A stretch of 63,971 nt of DNA, filler included, from Octopus bimaculoides (taxonomy: Eukaryota), in NCBI RefSeq assembly GCF_001194135.2. It is 5 parts of 5 records of this genome, joined end to end, with 100 filler letters (N's around TTAATTAATTAA, not from the genome) between each part and the next. Parts side by side here need not be neighbours in the genome. Positions count along the whole stretch, not along the records: positions 1 to 26,351 come from NC_068988.1; 4 more parts are not named here. One strand, given 5' to 3'. This document shows positions 1 to 14,117 of this stretch, in pieces. The notes beneath the pieces are model-generated. The model was not told where the DNA came from. It did no database searches and was given only the letters and a program-made list of their open reading frames with translations. The stretch's first letter is position 1. The number at the start of each line of letters is the position of its first letter. The position numbers and the translations under genes were made by a program.

Positions 1-274
1 ATAAATACAAAAAAGGTGTTTTTTTGTATGATTGTGTATAGAGGAATATATTATTTTGTTTAAAAGAGTTCCAACACTCTCTGTTTTTTATGTTTTATTT
101 ATATTCCTGCAGAACCAATGTGGGGTATAGAATATGGAATATACAATATATAATATAAAATAAAATAAAATAAAAATGGATGGCACCATGAAAGAAAGTA
201 TTGAATGTAGATGAAATATTGAGTGTTCAATATAAAGGATCAAATATATAAATATATAAATATAAATATATAAA

Positions 275-314
275 GGCGACTCGAGTTTCAGGGCTATTTC
301 CCTTCGTCATGGCC
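275..314 (-). ncRNA. Minimal type I hammerhead-ribozyme-like motif (Penelope pLTR type), variant core
   Basis: Minus strand reads ggc-C(A)UGACGA-aggg[aaauag]cccu-GAAAC[ucga]GUC-gcc: 3-bp stem I, 4-bp stem II, palindromic stem III (ACUCGAGU), GUC cleavage triplet; one extra A in the core. Confidence 0.45.
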
Positions 315-934
315 GGTATGACAGACTTTAACAGACTTTAACATATATATACATATATGTATTGTGTGTATATATATTTATATGTATTTGCATGTGTGTG
401 TATATAGATAAATACATGTATTTGTATGTGTATATATATGCATACATAAACATATACATATACATATATATATGAGTCTGTGTGTATGTATATCTGAGCT
501 TGCGTGTTCCTGTTGTATGGTATGATAAATAGCTATTCCGAAGACAAACTACTTGTGTTTCTAATATTCACGTCACCAAAACAACTAACGAAATATCTTC
601 ATCGAGTAACTAAGAAAATGTTTAAACAGGGAATGGTTGCATAGTGCAATAGAGATTAACAGCAGAAAATTAAGTAAAGAAAGGAAAATAATGGCGATTT
701 TGTTACGGTATATTTGCTGCTAAAAAAATATGTTACAATAGGAGCTTTAACGCCATAAGTGACATTAAAAACTAATCTAAAATAAACTTGCAAAACTGTG
801 TATTGTTGTAATAACAGAAATACGTATCTCGCAAATGTAATAAAAACAGGTTTTCAATGTAAAACATCTTAGCGAAGATCTCAATAAACATAAAGCGAAG
901 TCGTTATTAAAGTAATCATTTCTAATAGTTTCTA

Positions 935-1075
935 GCAGTCATGGTTATGTGGTAAGGACGTTAGCTTCGAAATGACCTGGGCTGGCGTTCAAACTCATCG
1001 CACGGCATCTTCAGCAAGTGCTTTTTCTCTATGACTATAAGGTTGATGAATTTGGTAGACGGAAACTGTGTGTAA
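935..1075 (+). mobile_element. Decayed tRNA-headed SINE, family A
   Basis: Degenerate match to the 7681-7846 copy (..tgtggtaag..gcaagtg..gaatttggtagacggaaactg). Confidence 0.6.
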
Positions 1076-1529
1076 TACAGTTGTACATATATATATATAT
1101 ACATAATACATACATACTTACATACATGTCATGTGCGTGGGTGCGTGTATGTGTGTGTGTATGTGTGTATGTATGCATATATGTGTGTGTGCGTGTGTAT
1201 GTGTGTTCGTTCGTGTGTGTGTGTATGTGTGTGTGTGTATATTTATTCACCTATTATTTTTTCTACATTTAATGTATGGAACACAGTAAGAAATCAATGA
1301 TATATCAATGTGATATGTCAAAGCGATAGGTTATGGATTATCACAGAGATTATGGCATTACTATTATTATTATTATTATCTTCTTTTATCTTCTGAGTTC
1401 GAATCGAGCTCGAGGCTCATGTTACATTCCATCCTTCCAGCATCGATAAAAATAATTAACCGTCAAGCACGGAGATCGATATAACTGACTGTCCTCATCA
1501 CAGAAAATTCACATATACAGACAAGCTAA

Positions 1530-1569
<40 letters not shown>

Positions 1570-2061
1570 TATCTCGTACTTCTGTTAGAAATCGTTTATA
1601 TATTTCATCTTCACCAAGAGGCTAATAATATCTAATTAATATTCAACCAGCTGCAATTCTCTCATCCTAATTCAAAGAACTACATTTTTCCGACAGTTTT
1701 TCTCCCGCCGGTGGCTTAACAGCAGCGAATACAAAACAACATAACGACATGATTTCGATCGAGGCTCACAGATTATCCCGTAGAGAAAAGGGCTTATTTG
1801 GTTGTTATATGATAACAATAACCATTATGTAGCTAAAGGATGGGAACAAGTTTTGATGTTGTTATTATTGTTGCTGTTGTTGTGGTTGAGGTTGTTGTTG
1901 TTCTATTCTATGACAATTGTATGCATTTTTCTTCTTGCTTTCTTTTATTTATTTATTCCTCACATACCGATATAATTATATTAATTAGTAAAATAGACAA
2001 AACTAAATATGTGTGTGAGCACGTTCAATTTATTCATCGGTGTGTGTGTGTGTGTATGTGT

Positions 2062-2095
<34 letters not shown>

Positions 2096-2270
2096 CTGTG
2101 TGTGTGTGTGAAGAACTGTATACAAGGTTTTGCTGATTGTGTAATTGTCCATGATATCGTGGGAACATGTGTATTTGTATGTGTGTATATAACTATGGAA
2201 ACACCTTCGTTACTTTATCCTACATACAATGTATATACGTAGATATGGTGTGCATATATACATACATACA

Positions 2271-2323
<53 letters not shown>

Positions 2324-3400
2324 GTATATATACACGGACACGCATACATATACATATACGTATAAATGAATACCTACGTACGTATATGTATCTGTATGCA
2401 TAAGTATGTACGTTATAATGATGCCTAAGGTAACTTGATCCTCATAATAAGCCTCACTCTACTCTCACTACCCAGTCACGCCATCAGTAAATACTTGGTT
2501 GGAATTCTTTGTGCACAATAATAACCTCTTTCTGGCAATCATGTCTATATATATATATATATATACTTATACATATATATANNNNNNNNNNNNNNNNNNN
2601 NNNNNNNNNNNNNNNNNNNNNNNNNNNNNNNNNNNNNNNNNNNNNNNNNNNNNNNNNNNNNNNNNNNNNNNNNNNNNNNNNNNNNNNNNNNNNNNNNNNN
2701 NNNNNNNNNNNNNNNNNNNNNNNNNNNNNNNNNNNNNNNNNNNNNNNNNNNNNNNNNNNNNNNNNNNNNNNNNNNNNNNNNNNNNNNNNNNNNNNNNNNN
2801 NNNNNNNNNNNNNNNNNNNNNNNNNNNNNNNNNNNNNNNNNNNNNNNNNNNNNNNNNNNNNNNNNNNNNNNNNNNNNNNNNNNNNNNNNNNNNNNNNNNN
2901 NNNNNNNNNNNNNNNNNNNNNNNNNNNNNNNNNNNNNNNNNNNNNNNNNNNNNNNNNNNNNNNNNNNNNNNNNNNNNNNNNNNNNNNNNNNNNNNNNNNN
3001 NNNNNNNNNNNNNNNNNNNNNNNNNNNNNNNNNNNNNNNNNNNNNNNNNNNNNNNNNNNNNNNNNNNNNNNNNNNNNNNNNNNNNNNNNNNNNNNNNNNN
3101 NNNNNNNNNNNNNNNNNNNNNNNNNNNNNNNNNNNNNNNNNNNNNNNNNNNNNNNNNNNNNNNNNNNNNNNNNNNNNNNNNNNNNNNNNNNNNNNNNNNN
3201 NNNNNNNNNNNNNNNNNNNNNNNNNNNNNNNNNNNNNNNNNNNNNNNNNNNNNNNNNNNNNNNNNNNNNNNNNNNNNNNNNNNNNNNNNNNNNNNNNNNN
3301 NNNNNNNNNNNNNNNNNNNNNNNNNNNNNNNNNNNNNNNNNNNNNNNNNNNNNNNNNNNNNNNNNNNNNNNNNNNNNNNNNNNNNNNNNNNNNNNNNNNN

Positions 3401-3588
<188 letters not shown>

Positions 3589-3590
3589 TA

Positions 3591-4666
3591 CAGGGGTTGG
3601 ACAAAATAATGAAAGCATCATAGCTTCAAAGCTTGTTTATTTTTATGTTTTTTTTATTTATTATTAGTGTTGCTTAATATGTTTTGCTAAAATTGCTGTT
3701 TCTTTCAGATATCATCAGAAAAAGGTAATTAAAATTCATTAAAATGATAAATCTATCGGACTTTCAAAGAGATCAAATTGTTGGTGCTCGTATGGTAGGT
3801 GCTAGCATAACAAAAACAGCCGAAATGTACCGTGTATCAAGAAGCACTGTCCCGAAAGTAATAACAGCCTTTGAGAAAGAGAGAAAAACCTCCTCGTCGA
3901 AGCAAACTCCAGAAGAAAACCAAAACTTTCAGATAGGGACCGTCGGACTCTTACACGAATTATTAGAAAGGATCACAAAAGTACAACTCCCAAAATTACT
4001 GCAGAGCTTAATAACCACCTCGAATAACACCGGCTGAATAGATGTGTGGAGGCAGACAAAAGAAGCATTTGACCCAGACTGCTTTCTTCCAACTGTTAAA
4101 CATGGAGGAGGATCTCTGATGATCTNNNNNNNNNNNNNNNNNNNNNNNNNNNNNNNNNNNNNNNGGGGGGGGGGGGGCTATATCTTAGAGATCCACCGGC
4201 CCACTGGTTTTGCTTCATGGCAGAATTAATAGTCATGACTATTTAAGCATTTTACCTCATCAAATTCATCCTATGTTTGCAGAACTGTTTCCGGAGGGAA
4301 CCGCAATCTTTCAGGGTGATAATGCACCAATTCACACAGCTAAAGTTGTTACTGAATGACACGAGGAACATTCTAGTGAAGTTGAACATCTTATCTGGCT
4401 ACAAGATCTCAATATTACTGAACATTTATGGTGCATCTTAGAAAAACAAGTAAGGAGTCGATATCCTCCACCATCACCACTACAGGAACTGGAGACTGTT
4501 TCAGCTGACGAATGAACAAAAATTCCTTTGGAAGCAATTCAAACTTTGTACAAGTCTATACTTCGTAGAATTCAAGCAGTAATTACTGCCAAGGGCGATC
4601 CTACCCCATTTAAAAATAAATTTGTTTGAAATTTTAAGGTGTTTCCATTATTTTGTCCAATCCCTG
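3591..4666 (+). mobile_element. Defective Tc1-family DNA transposon
   Basis: TIRs caggggttggacaaaataatg / cattattttgtccaatccctg flanked by TA on both sides; transposase remnants inside. Confidence 0.92.
3744..4620 (+). pseudogene. Tc1 transposase pseudogene
   Basis: HTH N-terminus (MINLSDFQRDQIVGARMVGASITKTAEMYRVSRSTV), PTVKHGGGSLM, FQGDNAPIH, DLNITEHLW motifs; stops, and an internal deletion removing the first catalytic Asp region. Confidence 0.9.
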
Positions 4667-5024
4667 TATATATATATATATATATATATNNNNNNNNNNN
4701 NNNNNNNNNNNNNNNNNNNNNNNNNNNNNNNNNNNNNNNNNNNNNNNNNNNNNNNNNNNNNNNNNNNNNNNNNNNNNNNNNNNNNNNNNNNNNNNNNNNN
4801 NNNNNNNNNNNNNNNNNNNNNNNNNNNNNNNNNNNNNNNNNNNNNNNNNNNNNNNNNNNNNNNNNNNNNNNNNNNNNNNNNNNNNNNNNNNNNNNNNNNN
4901 NNNNNNNNNNNNNNATATATATGCATATAAGAGAGTATTGTAGTTCGCTTGAAACATTGTGTATTGTTTGTAAAGAATAAAGTTTTCATTCAAAACTTTT
5001 ATATTCTTTATATATTGTATATAC

Positions 5025-5189
5025 ACGACGAGCTTCTTTCAATTTCTATTTACCAAATCCACTCACAAGGCTTTGGTCAGCCTGAGGTTACAGTAGAAGA
5101 CGCTTGCGCAAGTTGCCACGCTGTGGGACTGAAACCGAAACTGAGTGGCTGGGAAGCAAACTTCTTACCACCTCGCCATGCCTCCACCT
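5025..5189 (-). mobile_element. SINE family A
   Basis: Match to the 7681-7846 copy. Confidence 0.85.
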
Positions 5190-6013
5190 CTGTGTGTGTG
5201 TGTGTTGTAGAATGTGAAGAAACTGTCGTTATTGCCTGTATGATTCGATCGTAGTTTCTCCTGTAAACCCCATAGATGTACTACCCCCCACCCCCGCCTC
5301 AGAGACAGTTCTTTAAAATTGCTCCCTTATCCTTTTCGATATCATCATCAGTAATGTGTTCATTCTTCCTTTGTATAGATGTGTGGTTGGATAAATAAAT
5401 GGTTGGGGCTTTCAGTTTTTCAATGACGAGGAATTAAGATAAAAGAGGGTTAGGATGGAGGAAGGGAATCATTTTGTTTGTCTAAAATTTGGCTTTTCTA
5501 GCTGCAGCAGCAATAATGTATAGGCCTATGATACAAATAAAAGCATTGACCGCTTCATTTGTATCGGAAAATATCCCTTGAGGACACTAACGATTGTGAA
5601 TACTAATGCGCTCAAAAGAGGTTCTTTAAGTCCCCAGGGAAGAACTAACATTTCTCTTTGACAATTATCAACATGGAAATGCTAAATGGGAAATTTCAGC
5701 CGTATCGTCTCTATTCATTAGAATTATCAATGGAATTCCTTGTCTGGAATAAATATAATATATTTACAAAATAATTCTGTTTAGGAGCGTATTGCGATGT
5801 GCAAAGGAAAACCTGGCCTGTGTGTGTATAAGTATTAAACAAAGTATTTGCATGGGTATGTGTATGTGTATGTATAATTTTATGCATGAGTGTGTTTGAA
5901 CAGAGTATATGTGGGAGAATTGTGTGTGCGCATATACACATTTAAATATATATATACATATATATACATATATATATATATATAAATATATATACATATA
6001 CATATATATGTAT

Positions 6014-6044
<31 letters not shown>

Positions 6045-6330
6045 NNNNNNNNNNNNNNNNNNNNNNNNNNNNNNNNNNNNNNNNNNNNNNNNNNNNNNNN
6101 NNNNNNNNNNNNNNNNNNNNNNNNNNNNNNNNNNNNNNNNNNNNNNNNNNNNNNNNNNNNNNNNNNNNNNNNNNNNNNNNNNNNNNNNNNNNNNNNNNNN
6201 NNNNNNNNNNNNNNNNNNNNNNNNNTATACATATACATATATATATATATATGTGTATATGTGTATATATATATATATATACATAAATATATATATATAT
6301 AAATATATATACATATACATATATATGTAT

Positions 6331-6373
<43 letters not shown>

Positions 6374-6500
6374 CATACATATACACACACATACACACAT
6401 ATAAATATACATATATATGTGTGTATACATATGCCTGTGTGCGTGAAAAAGCCCATAACAATATGTATATATGTATATATGTATATATATAGGTGTGTGA

Positions 6501-6539
<39 letters not shown>

Positions 6540-7228
6540 TGTGTTTGTGACAGAGAGAGAGGGGGGCTGGGAATAGAGAAAGCATTTTTCTGTCTGTGTC
6601 TGCGTGTGCACATTCGCTTACATTGTGTCACTATAAGCGAAGCCCACATTTACGCGCGCGGGAGTCTGTGTGTGTGCGTGCGTGTCTTTGTGTGTATGTG
6701 TATTTGTGTGTGGGTGTGTTCTTGTGCATATGTCAGCGCTACACACAGATATATCTATGTATGTGTTTCTGTTTGTATACCCGGATACTGCGTGTGTATG
6801 TTAGGGAATACTCCAAAGAGTGGGCCCCGTGGTTTTAGATTTTGTACTATTCCAGTCAGCCTACAACAGTTCCTTTCTATAGACCTATAAATCTATATCG
6901 CACATATGTGTACGTACGTACGCATGCATGTATGTATAACGGCAGTAAGAGAAAGAGAGAATGCGGTGAATTGGCGCATGTGCATAGTTGGGTGCAGTCC
7001 TGTGTGGTGCATACGCACGACTGGTTCTGTGATATGGCCTCCAGCTACGATTCTGCTTGTCTTCACCCATAACCGTTCTCTATGTGTGTGAGGCATTAAT
7101 ATGGAACATTCATGTGTGTCTGAGTATATAATTGTTCTTGTGTATATGTATGTATGTGTCTGTAAGTGTATATATTAATATTTACACAGAGAGCAAATAG
7201 TTAAAAAAATTTACAGATAGACAGACAT

Positions 7229-7290
<62 letters not shown>

Positions 7291-7420
7291 TTAATTTGAA
7301 ATAAAACAGAAAAAAAATGCATCTAATTCTTTCTGTTAAAATTGAAAATCCTCGAGAAAATGTCAGTGCAAATTTTAGTCACGTGCCATTAAATAATACT
7401 GAAGGTTTCGAACTTTGGTG

Positions 7421-7481
<61 letters not shown>

Positions 7482-7482
7482 A

Positions 7483-7575
7483 AGCTGACGAGCTAGAATA
7501 ATCGTTAGCGTTCTGGGCGAAACGCTTAGCAGTATTTTGTCTGTCGCTACGTTCCGAGTTGAAATTCCACCGAGA
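7483..7575 (+). mobile_element. SINE family B, head only, after a (TTA)n tract
   Basis: gctgacgagctagaataatcgttagcg..gaaacgcttagcagtattttgtctgtcgctacgttccgagttgaaattcc. Confidence 0.75.
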
Positions 7576-7680
7576 AGTTAGTTTCTGAGAATATGCTAAT
7601 ATTCTTATGCGGTGGCTGGATGTCTTCCACTGATGATTTCCAGTAAAATGAAATCACGTGATATGAGAATTCTTATATAT

Positions 7681-7846
7681 ACGACGGGCTTCTTTCAGTT
7701 TCCGTCTACCAAATCCACTCACAAGGCTTTGGTCGGCCCGAGGCTATACTAGAAGAACATTTGCCCAAGGTGCCACGCAGTGGGACTGAACCCGGAACCA
7801 TGTGGTTGGTAAGCAAGCTACTTACCACACAGCCGCTCCTGCGCCT
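7681..7846 (-). mobile_element. SINE family A, well-preserved 5' body
   Basis: Minus strand: ggcgcaggagcggctgtgtggtaag (A-box-like), ggttccgggttcagtccc (B-box-like), ccttgggcaa core-like segment, ends gaaagaagcccgtcgt before a microsatellite. Confidence 0.9.
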
Positions 7847-8928
7847 ACATTTAATTATTTCTGAAAAGAGCAGAAAATTTTTGGGATGGAGGGTTTAGTC
7901 ACTTATAACAACACACGTAGGCAAAATTTGGCCTTGATGTGATTTGAACTCGGAACTTAAATTGAGGTAACTAAATATGTCTTAAATACGCCAGAGCTCT
8001 TCCTTCCTCTTAATAACCGTAATAATTTGAACGAGTATTTCCTTAGCAGTCAGCAACGCCCTCTCTTCAACAGCTGTCTTCTCAAAGACGGACGATAACA
8101 TCTTTTGTCCTTACCAATATTGGTCATACAACTTAAGACTCCACCCTATTAAAAGTCGACAGAAATAATGCAGGACCTACATACACGCATACATTCATAT
8201 AGACGCACATATACATACAGACACACGCATACACACAGACACACACGCATACACACAGACACACACGCATGCGAGAGCATTTACATATGTGTGTCTGTCT
8301 GTATATATGCATATATATATATATATACATACATANNNNNNNNNNNNNNNNNNNNNNNNNNNNNNNNNNNNNNNNNNNNNNNNNNNNNNNNNNNNNNNNN
8401 NNNNNNNNNNNNNNNNNNNNNNNNNNNNNNNNNNNNNNNNNNNNNNNNNNNNNNNNNNNNNNNNNNNNNNNNNNNNNNNNNNNNNNNNNNNNNNNNNNNN
8501 NNNNNNNNNNNNNNNNNNNNNNNNNNNNNNNNNNNNNNNNNNNNNNNNNNNNNNNNNNNNNNNNNNNNNNNNNNNNNNNNNNNNNNNNNNNNNNNNNNNN
8601 NNNNNNNNNNNNNNNNNNNNNNNNNNNNNNNNNNNNNNNNNNNNNNNNNNNNNNNNNNNNNNNNNNNNNNNNNNNNNNNNNNNNNNNNNNNNNNNNNNNN
8701 NNNNNNNNNNNNNNNNNNNNNNNNNNNNNNNNNNNNNNNNNNNNNNNNNNNNNNNNNNNNNNNNNNNNNNNNNNNNNNNNNNNNNNNNNNNNNNNNNNNN
8801 NNNNNNNNNNNNNNNNNNNNNNNNNNNNNNNNNNNNNNNNNNNNNNNNNNNNNNNNNNNNNNNNNNNNNNNNNNNNNNNNNNNNNNNNNNNNNNNNNNNN
8901 NNNNNNNNNNNNNNNNNNNNNNNNNNNN

Positions 8929-8972
<44 letters not shown>

Positions 8973-9248
8973 GCATGCATACATACATGTGTACATAGAG
9001 TTCAGGCGTTGTCCGAGACATGATTGCAAAAATAGAAGCGGCCGTGTACACTGTGTGTAATCAGTATAATGTTACACCAGCAGTCAACAAGTTTACTATG
9101 GAGTGAGGTCGGCGGCGGTGGGTGTAATTGGTGCTTCTTGAAGTAAGCAATCTTGTTGAGAAATGAAGAACTTACGATCTGAAGACATGAAACGTAGTTT
9201 TATGGCAATTCACATATCTTAACACAGCACAAAGTTATATCGTTACAG

Positions 9249-9425
9249 ACGCAGGCGTGGCTATGTGGTTAAGACGATCCGGTGTGCAACCGTGCGTTAT
9301 CGGTTTCAGTCCCGCCGTGTGGCATCTTGCACAAGTGTTTTCTGTTATATACCTGAGCTGACCAATGGCTTGTGAGTGAATTTCTTTGGAGAAAAACGGT
9401 AAGCGGTAAAATAAAACGTCGTATA
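9249..9425 (+). mobile_element. SINE family A, diverged
   Basis: Match to the family A head and body. Confidence 0.75.
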
Positions 9426-9437
9426 TACACATACGCA

Positions 9438-9505
<68 letters not shown>

Positions 9506-11227
9506 NNNNNNNNNNNNNNNNNNNNNNNNNNNNNNNNNNNNNNNNNNNNNNNNNNNNNNNNNNNNNNNNNNNNNNNNNNNNNNNNNNNNNNNNNNNNNNN
9601 NNNNNNNNNNNNNNNNNNNNNNNNNNNNNNNNNNNNNNNNNNNNNNNNNNNNNNNNNNNNNNNNNNNNNNNNNNNNNNNNNNNNNNNNNNNNNNNNNNNN
9701 NNNNNNNNNNNNNNNNNNNNNNNNNNNNNNNNNNNNNNNNNNNNNNNNNNNNNNNNNNNNNNNNNNNNNNNNNNNNNNNNNNNNNNNNNNNNNNNNNNNN
9801 NNNNNNNNNNNNNNNNNNNNNNNNNNNNNNNNNNNNNNNNNNNNNNNNNNNNNNNNNNNNNNNNNNNNNNNNNNNNNNNNNNNNNNNNNNNNNNNNNNNN
9901 NNNNNNNNNNNNNNNNNNNNNNNNNNNNNNNNNNNNNNNNNNNNNNNNNNNNNNNNNNNNNNNNNNNNNNNNNNNNNNNNNNNNNNNNNNNNNNNNNNNN
10001 NNNNNNNNNNNNNNNNNNNNNNNNNNNNNNNNNNNNNNNNNNNNNNNNNNNNNNNNNNNNNNCAGGCGGCGCTGCTGACTATCTGTTCGAAGGTTATTTA
10101 TCTAATTTCAGTGGAATCTATCCACTGGTTTTCAGAAATAGAGTTATTAATATTTCTAAACACAGGTTTCGTGTGTCACATAGCTAGCTAGAGGCGATGG
10201 CCTCTTGGAGCTAATCAACAGCAGCATTTGTCCTATTTTGGGGACTGCCATGTTGGCTTGGCGATAACTATTAATATATATATATATATATATACATATA
10301 TAAAATTTAACTTGTCCTGTTATTCTTGTTCTTTGTATTTGTAGACATGTAAGATTTTCTCCGTTTTCTGTTTTCTTTTTGTTTTGTCTGTGTTGTCGCA
10401 CATATTCGCTTGCTTTCCTCCCAAAATTTAATGCCCTTAGCTTAGATTTTTGGGGCCTACCAATTTTGAACAGTTTCAGGTGTATCACGCCGAAACTGTA
10501 ATGATGATTGGAAAGCTGACTGATGACTAGAAAGCCACCTATATTCCGTCCTGGTTTTCCTGTCCTACTTTGTATCGTCCATCTGTCCGTATGCTTTTAT
10601 TGTCATCCGTTACGGTATAGCATCGTCTTGAAGGGTCTTACTCGAACAGGTCGACCCCCAATACTTGAAATTTTTTTTGAAGGTCTGGTACTTATTCTAT
10701 CGATCTCTTTTTTTAGAAACGCTAAATTACGGGGACGCAAACAAACCAAGACTAGTTGTCACTTTGCATATGAAGGGACAAACACAAAGAAATACACACA
10801 CACAAACATTCCTTGTGAAACAATTTGGTAGACGAATTCTGTGAGAAAACTCAATCTTCACACGTGGTATGTCTGTATAGGTTTGGGTGTAAACATCTAT
10901 GTATATAGATATGTACGTATGTATGTATGTATGTGTATGTATGTATGTATGTATGTATGTAGATACGTATGTATGTCCCTATGGGGTGGGGTGCTATGAC
11001 TTTGTGTTTTTCTGTGTATTCTTGTACGGTAGTTTTTTGGACAAGCGTCCGCTGTGAACCTCTACGGAATATAAGCTTTACAATATAAACTTCGTATTTT
11101 TTTTATTTATTTAAAAAATATTTCTGTGAGTTTGGAGAATGCAACATTTCGGAAATATTTATTTAAACATGTCTAAATACCTACACTTCAAACTCTCTCT
11201 CCTTCTCATTCTCTCTCTCTCTCTCTC

Positions 11228-11287
<60 letters not shown>

Positions 11288-11725
11288 NNNNNNNNNNNNN
11301 NNNNNNNNNNNNNNNNNNNNNNNNNNNNNNNNNNNNNNNNNNNNNNNNNNNNNNNNNNNNNNNNNNNNNNNNNNNNNNNNNNNNNNNNNNNNNNNNNNNN
11401 NNNNNNNNNNNNNNNNNNNNNNNNNNNNNNNNNNNNNNNNNNNNNNNNNNNNNNNNNNNNNNNNNNNNNNNNNNNNNNNNNNNNNNNNNNNNNNNNNNNN
11501 NNNNNNNNNNNNNNNNNNNNNNNNNNNNNNNNNNNNNNNNNNNNNNNNNNNNNNNNNNNNNNNNNNNNNNNNNNNNNNNNNNNNNNNNNNNNNNNNNNNN
11601 NNNNNNNNNNNNNNNNNNNNNNNNNNNNNNNNNNNNNNNNNNNNNNNNNNNNNNNNNNNNNNNNNNNNNNNNNNNNNNNNNNNNNNNNNNNNNNNNNNNN
11701 NNNNNNNNNNNNNNNNNNNNATATA

Positions 11726-11757
<32 letters not shown>

Positions 11758-12770
11758 AATATTACATGCATATATATGTATGTTTATGTGTGTATATATG
11801 TAGATATATCGATGCATATACGTGTATGTATATATATGTGTGTGTGTATATATATAATGCATATATATACCGTATATATGTATGTATATATCAATATCTA
11901 TCCATTTTTCTATCTATCTATCTCTCTCTATACATATATCTATACATACATACATACATACATACATACATACACGTACTCTGTGACACGTATATGTAAC
12001 CTTGTAACCACGACTCTATTTCACTTTTTTTTTTCTCTTAGCTAACATGTTGTGCCCAAGTGCTCTTGAAGGATTTTAATGGGTGGAGGTCAAAGAAGGA
12101 TTTCCTATAACACATGATTTGTTCAATGCTGACACCTCTGGGACACAAAATAGAAGAGTTTTGTTTGCTAGGTGTTTACACAAGAAATATAAACAACTCA
12201 GTTATTAACTGTTCGGCACGTTGAATTAATCTTTATAAATGTATAGGAACTCCGACCAATAGGCAGAAACACACCTAGAGTCTCTCTTTCTCTCTCTCTC
12301 TCTTTCCTTCTCCCTCTTCCTCCTCCTCCTCTTCTCCTCTTTCTTTCTCTTTCACAGACACAGACACCCAATTATACACACACATACACTCACATACGCA
12401 CTTCCATAGACATCAACTTAGACTCGGATATTCATGCGCAAGCGGTTTCAAATAATCGGAATGTTCTAGAAATAAATGTAAGCAGATTATTTGTGAAATG
12501 ATTACAGACAGACAGACGGACAGAAAGAAAGATTGAAAGAAAGAAAGAAAGACAACTAGATACGTAGATAGATAGATAGATAGATAGATAGACAGACTGA
12601 CAGACAGACAGTCATACAGACAGACAAACAGACTGACAGACAGATATTTATGCAGGTACATATAGTCTCTCTTTCTCTGTCTTTCGCTCTCTTTTTTTAC
12701 ATATACCTGCATATCTATCTATCTATCTAACTATCTATCTCTCTCTCTATCTATCAATCTATCTATGTTC

Positions 12771-13042
12771 TTGTTGTTGGCACTCCGTCGCTTACGACGT
12801 CGAGGGTTCCAGTTGATCCGATCAACGGAACAGCCTGCTCGTGAAATTAACGTGCAAGTGGCTGAGCACTCCACAGACACGTGTACCCTTAACGTAGTTC
12901 TCGGGGATATTCAGCGTGACACAGTGTGACAAGGCTGACCCTTTGAAATACAGGTACAGCAGAAACAGGAAGTAAGAGTGAGAGAAAGTTGTGGTGAAAG
13001 AGTACAGTAGGGTTCGGCACCATCCCCTGCCGGAGCCTCGTG
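12771..13042 (-). mobile_element. SINE family C (tRNA-headed), 3' part, runs into a gap
   Basis: Reverse-complement match to the 60322-60633 copy (gcaggctgttccgttgatcggatcaactggaac..). Confidence 0.85.
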
Positions 13043-14060
13043 NNNNNNNNNNNNNNNNNNNNNNNNNNNNNNNNNNNNNNNNNNNNNNNNNNNNNNNNNN
13101 NNNNNNNNNNNNNNNNNNNNNNNNNNNNNNNNNNNNNNNNNNNNNNNNNNNNNNNNNNNNNNNNNNNNNNNNNNNNNNNNNNNNNNNNNNNNNNNNNNNN
13201 NNNNNNNNNNNNNNNNNNNNNNNNNNNNNNNNNNNNNNNNNNNNNNNNNNNNNNNNNNNNNNNNNNNNNNNNNNNNNNNNNNNNNNNNNNNNNNNNNNNN
13301 NNNNNNNNNNNNNNNNNNNNNNNNNNNNNNNNNNNNNNNNNNNNNNNNNNNNNNNNNNNNNNNNNNNNNNNNNNNNNNNNNNNNNNNNNNNNNNNNNNNN
13401 NNNNNNNNNNNNNNNNNNNNNNNNNNNNNNNNNNNNNNNNNNNNNNNNNNNNNNNNNNNNNNNNNNNNNNNNNNNNNNNNNNNNNNNNNNNNNNNNNNNN
13501 NNNNNNNNNNNNNNNNNNNNNNNNNNNNNNNNNNNNNNNNNNNNNNNNNNNNNNNNNNNNNNNNNNNNNNNNNNNNNNNNNNNNNNNNNNNNNNNNNNNN
13601 NNNNNNNNNNNNNNNNNNNNNNNNNNNNNNNNNNNNNNNNNNNNNNNNNNNNNNNNNNNNNNNNNNNNNNNNNNNNNNNNNNNNNNNNNNNNNNNNNNNN
13701 NNNNNNNNNNNNNNNNNNNNNNNNNNNNNNNNNNNNNNNNNNNNNNNNNNNNNNNNNNNNNNNNNNNNNNNNNNNNNNNNNNNNNNNNNNNNNNNNNNNN
13801 NNNNNNNNNNNNNNNNNNNNNNNNNNNNNNNNNNNNNNNNNNNNNNNNNNNNNNNNNNNNNNNNNNNNNNNNNNNNNNNNNNNNNNNNNNNNNNNNNNNN
13901 NNNNNNNNNNNNNNNNNNNNNNNNNNNNNNNNNNNNNNNNNNNNNNTATATATATATATATAAAAACACATTACCCAACACAGAAAGTGACAGAGAGGGA
14001 GAGAGAGAGAGATAATCAAATATGTAGTTATATATAATGATTGATAGTTAAGTGAATAGC

Positions 14061-14117
<57 letters not shown>

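Noticed and set aside
8999-9102. Open + frame SSGVVRDMIAKIEAAVYTVCNQYNVTPAVNKFTM with a gtgagg donor; also strong acceptors at 12041 and 46040
   Set aside because: Each has only one convincing splice boundary and no recognisable homology
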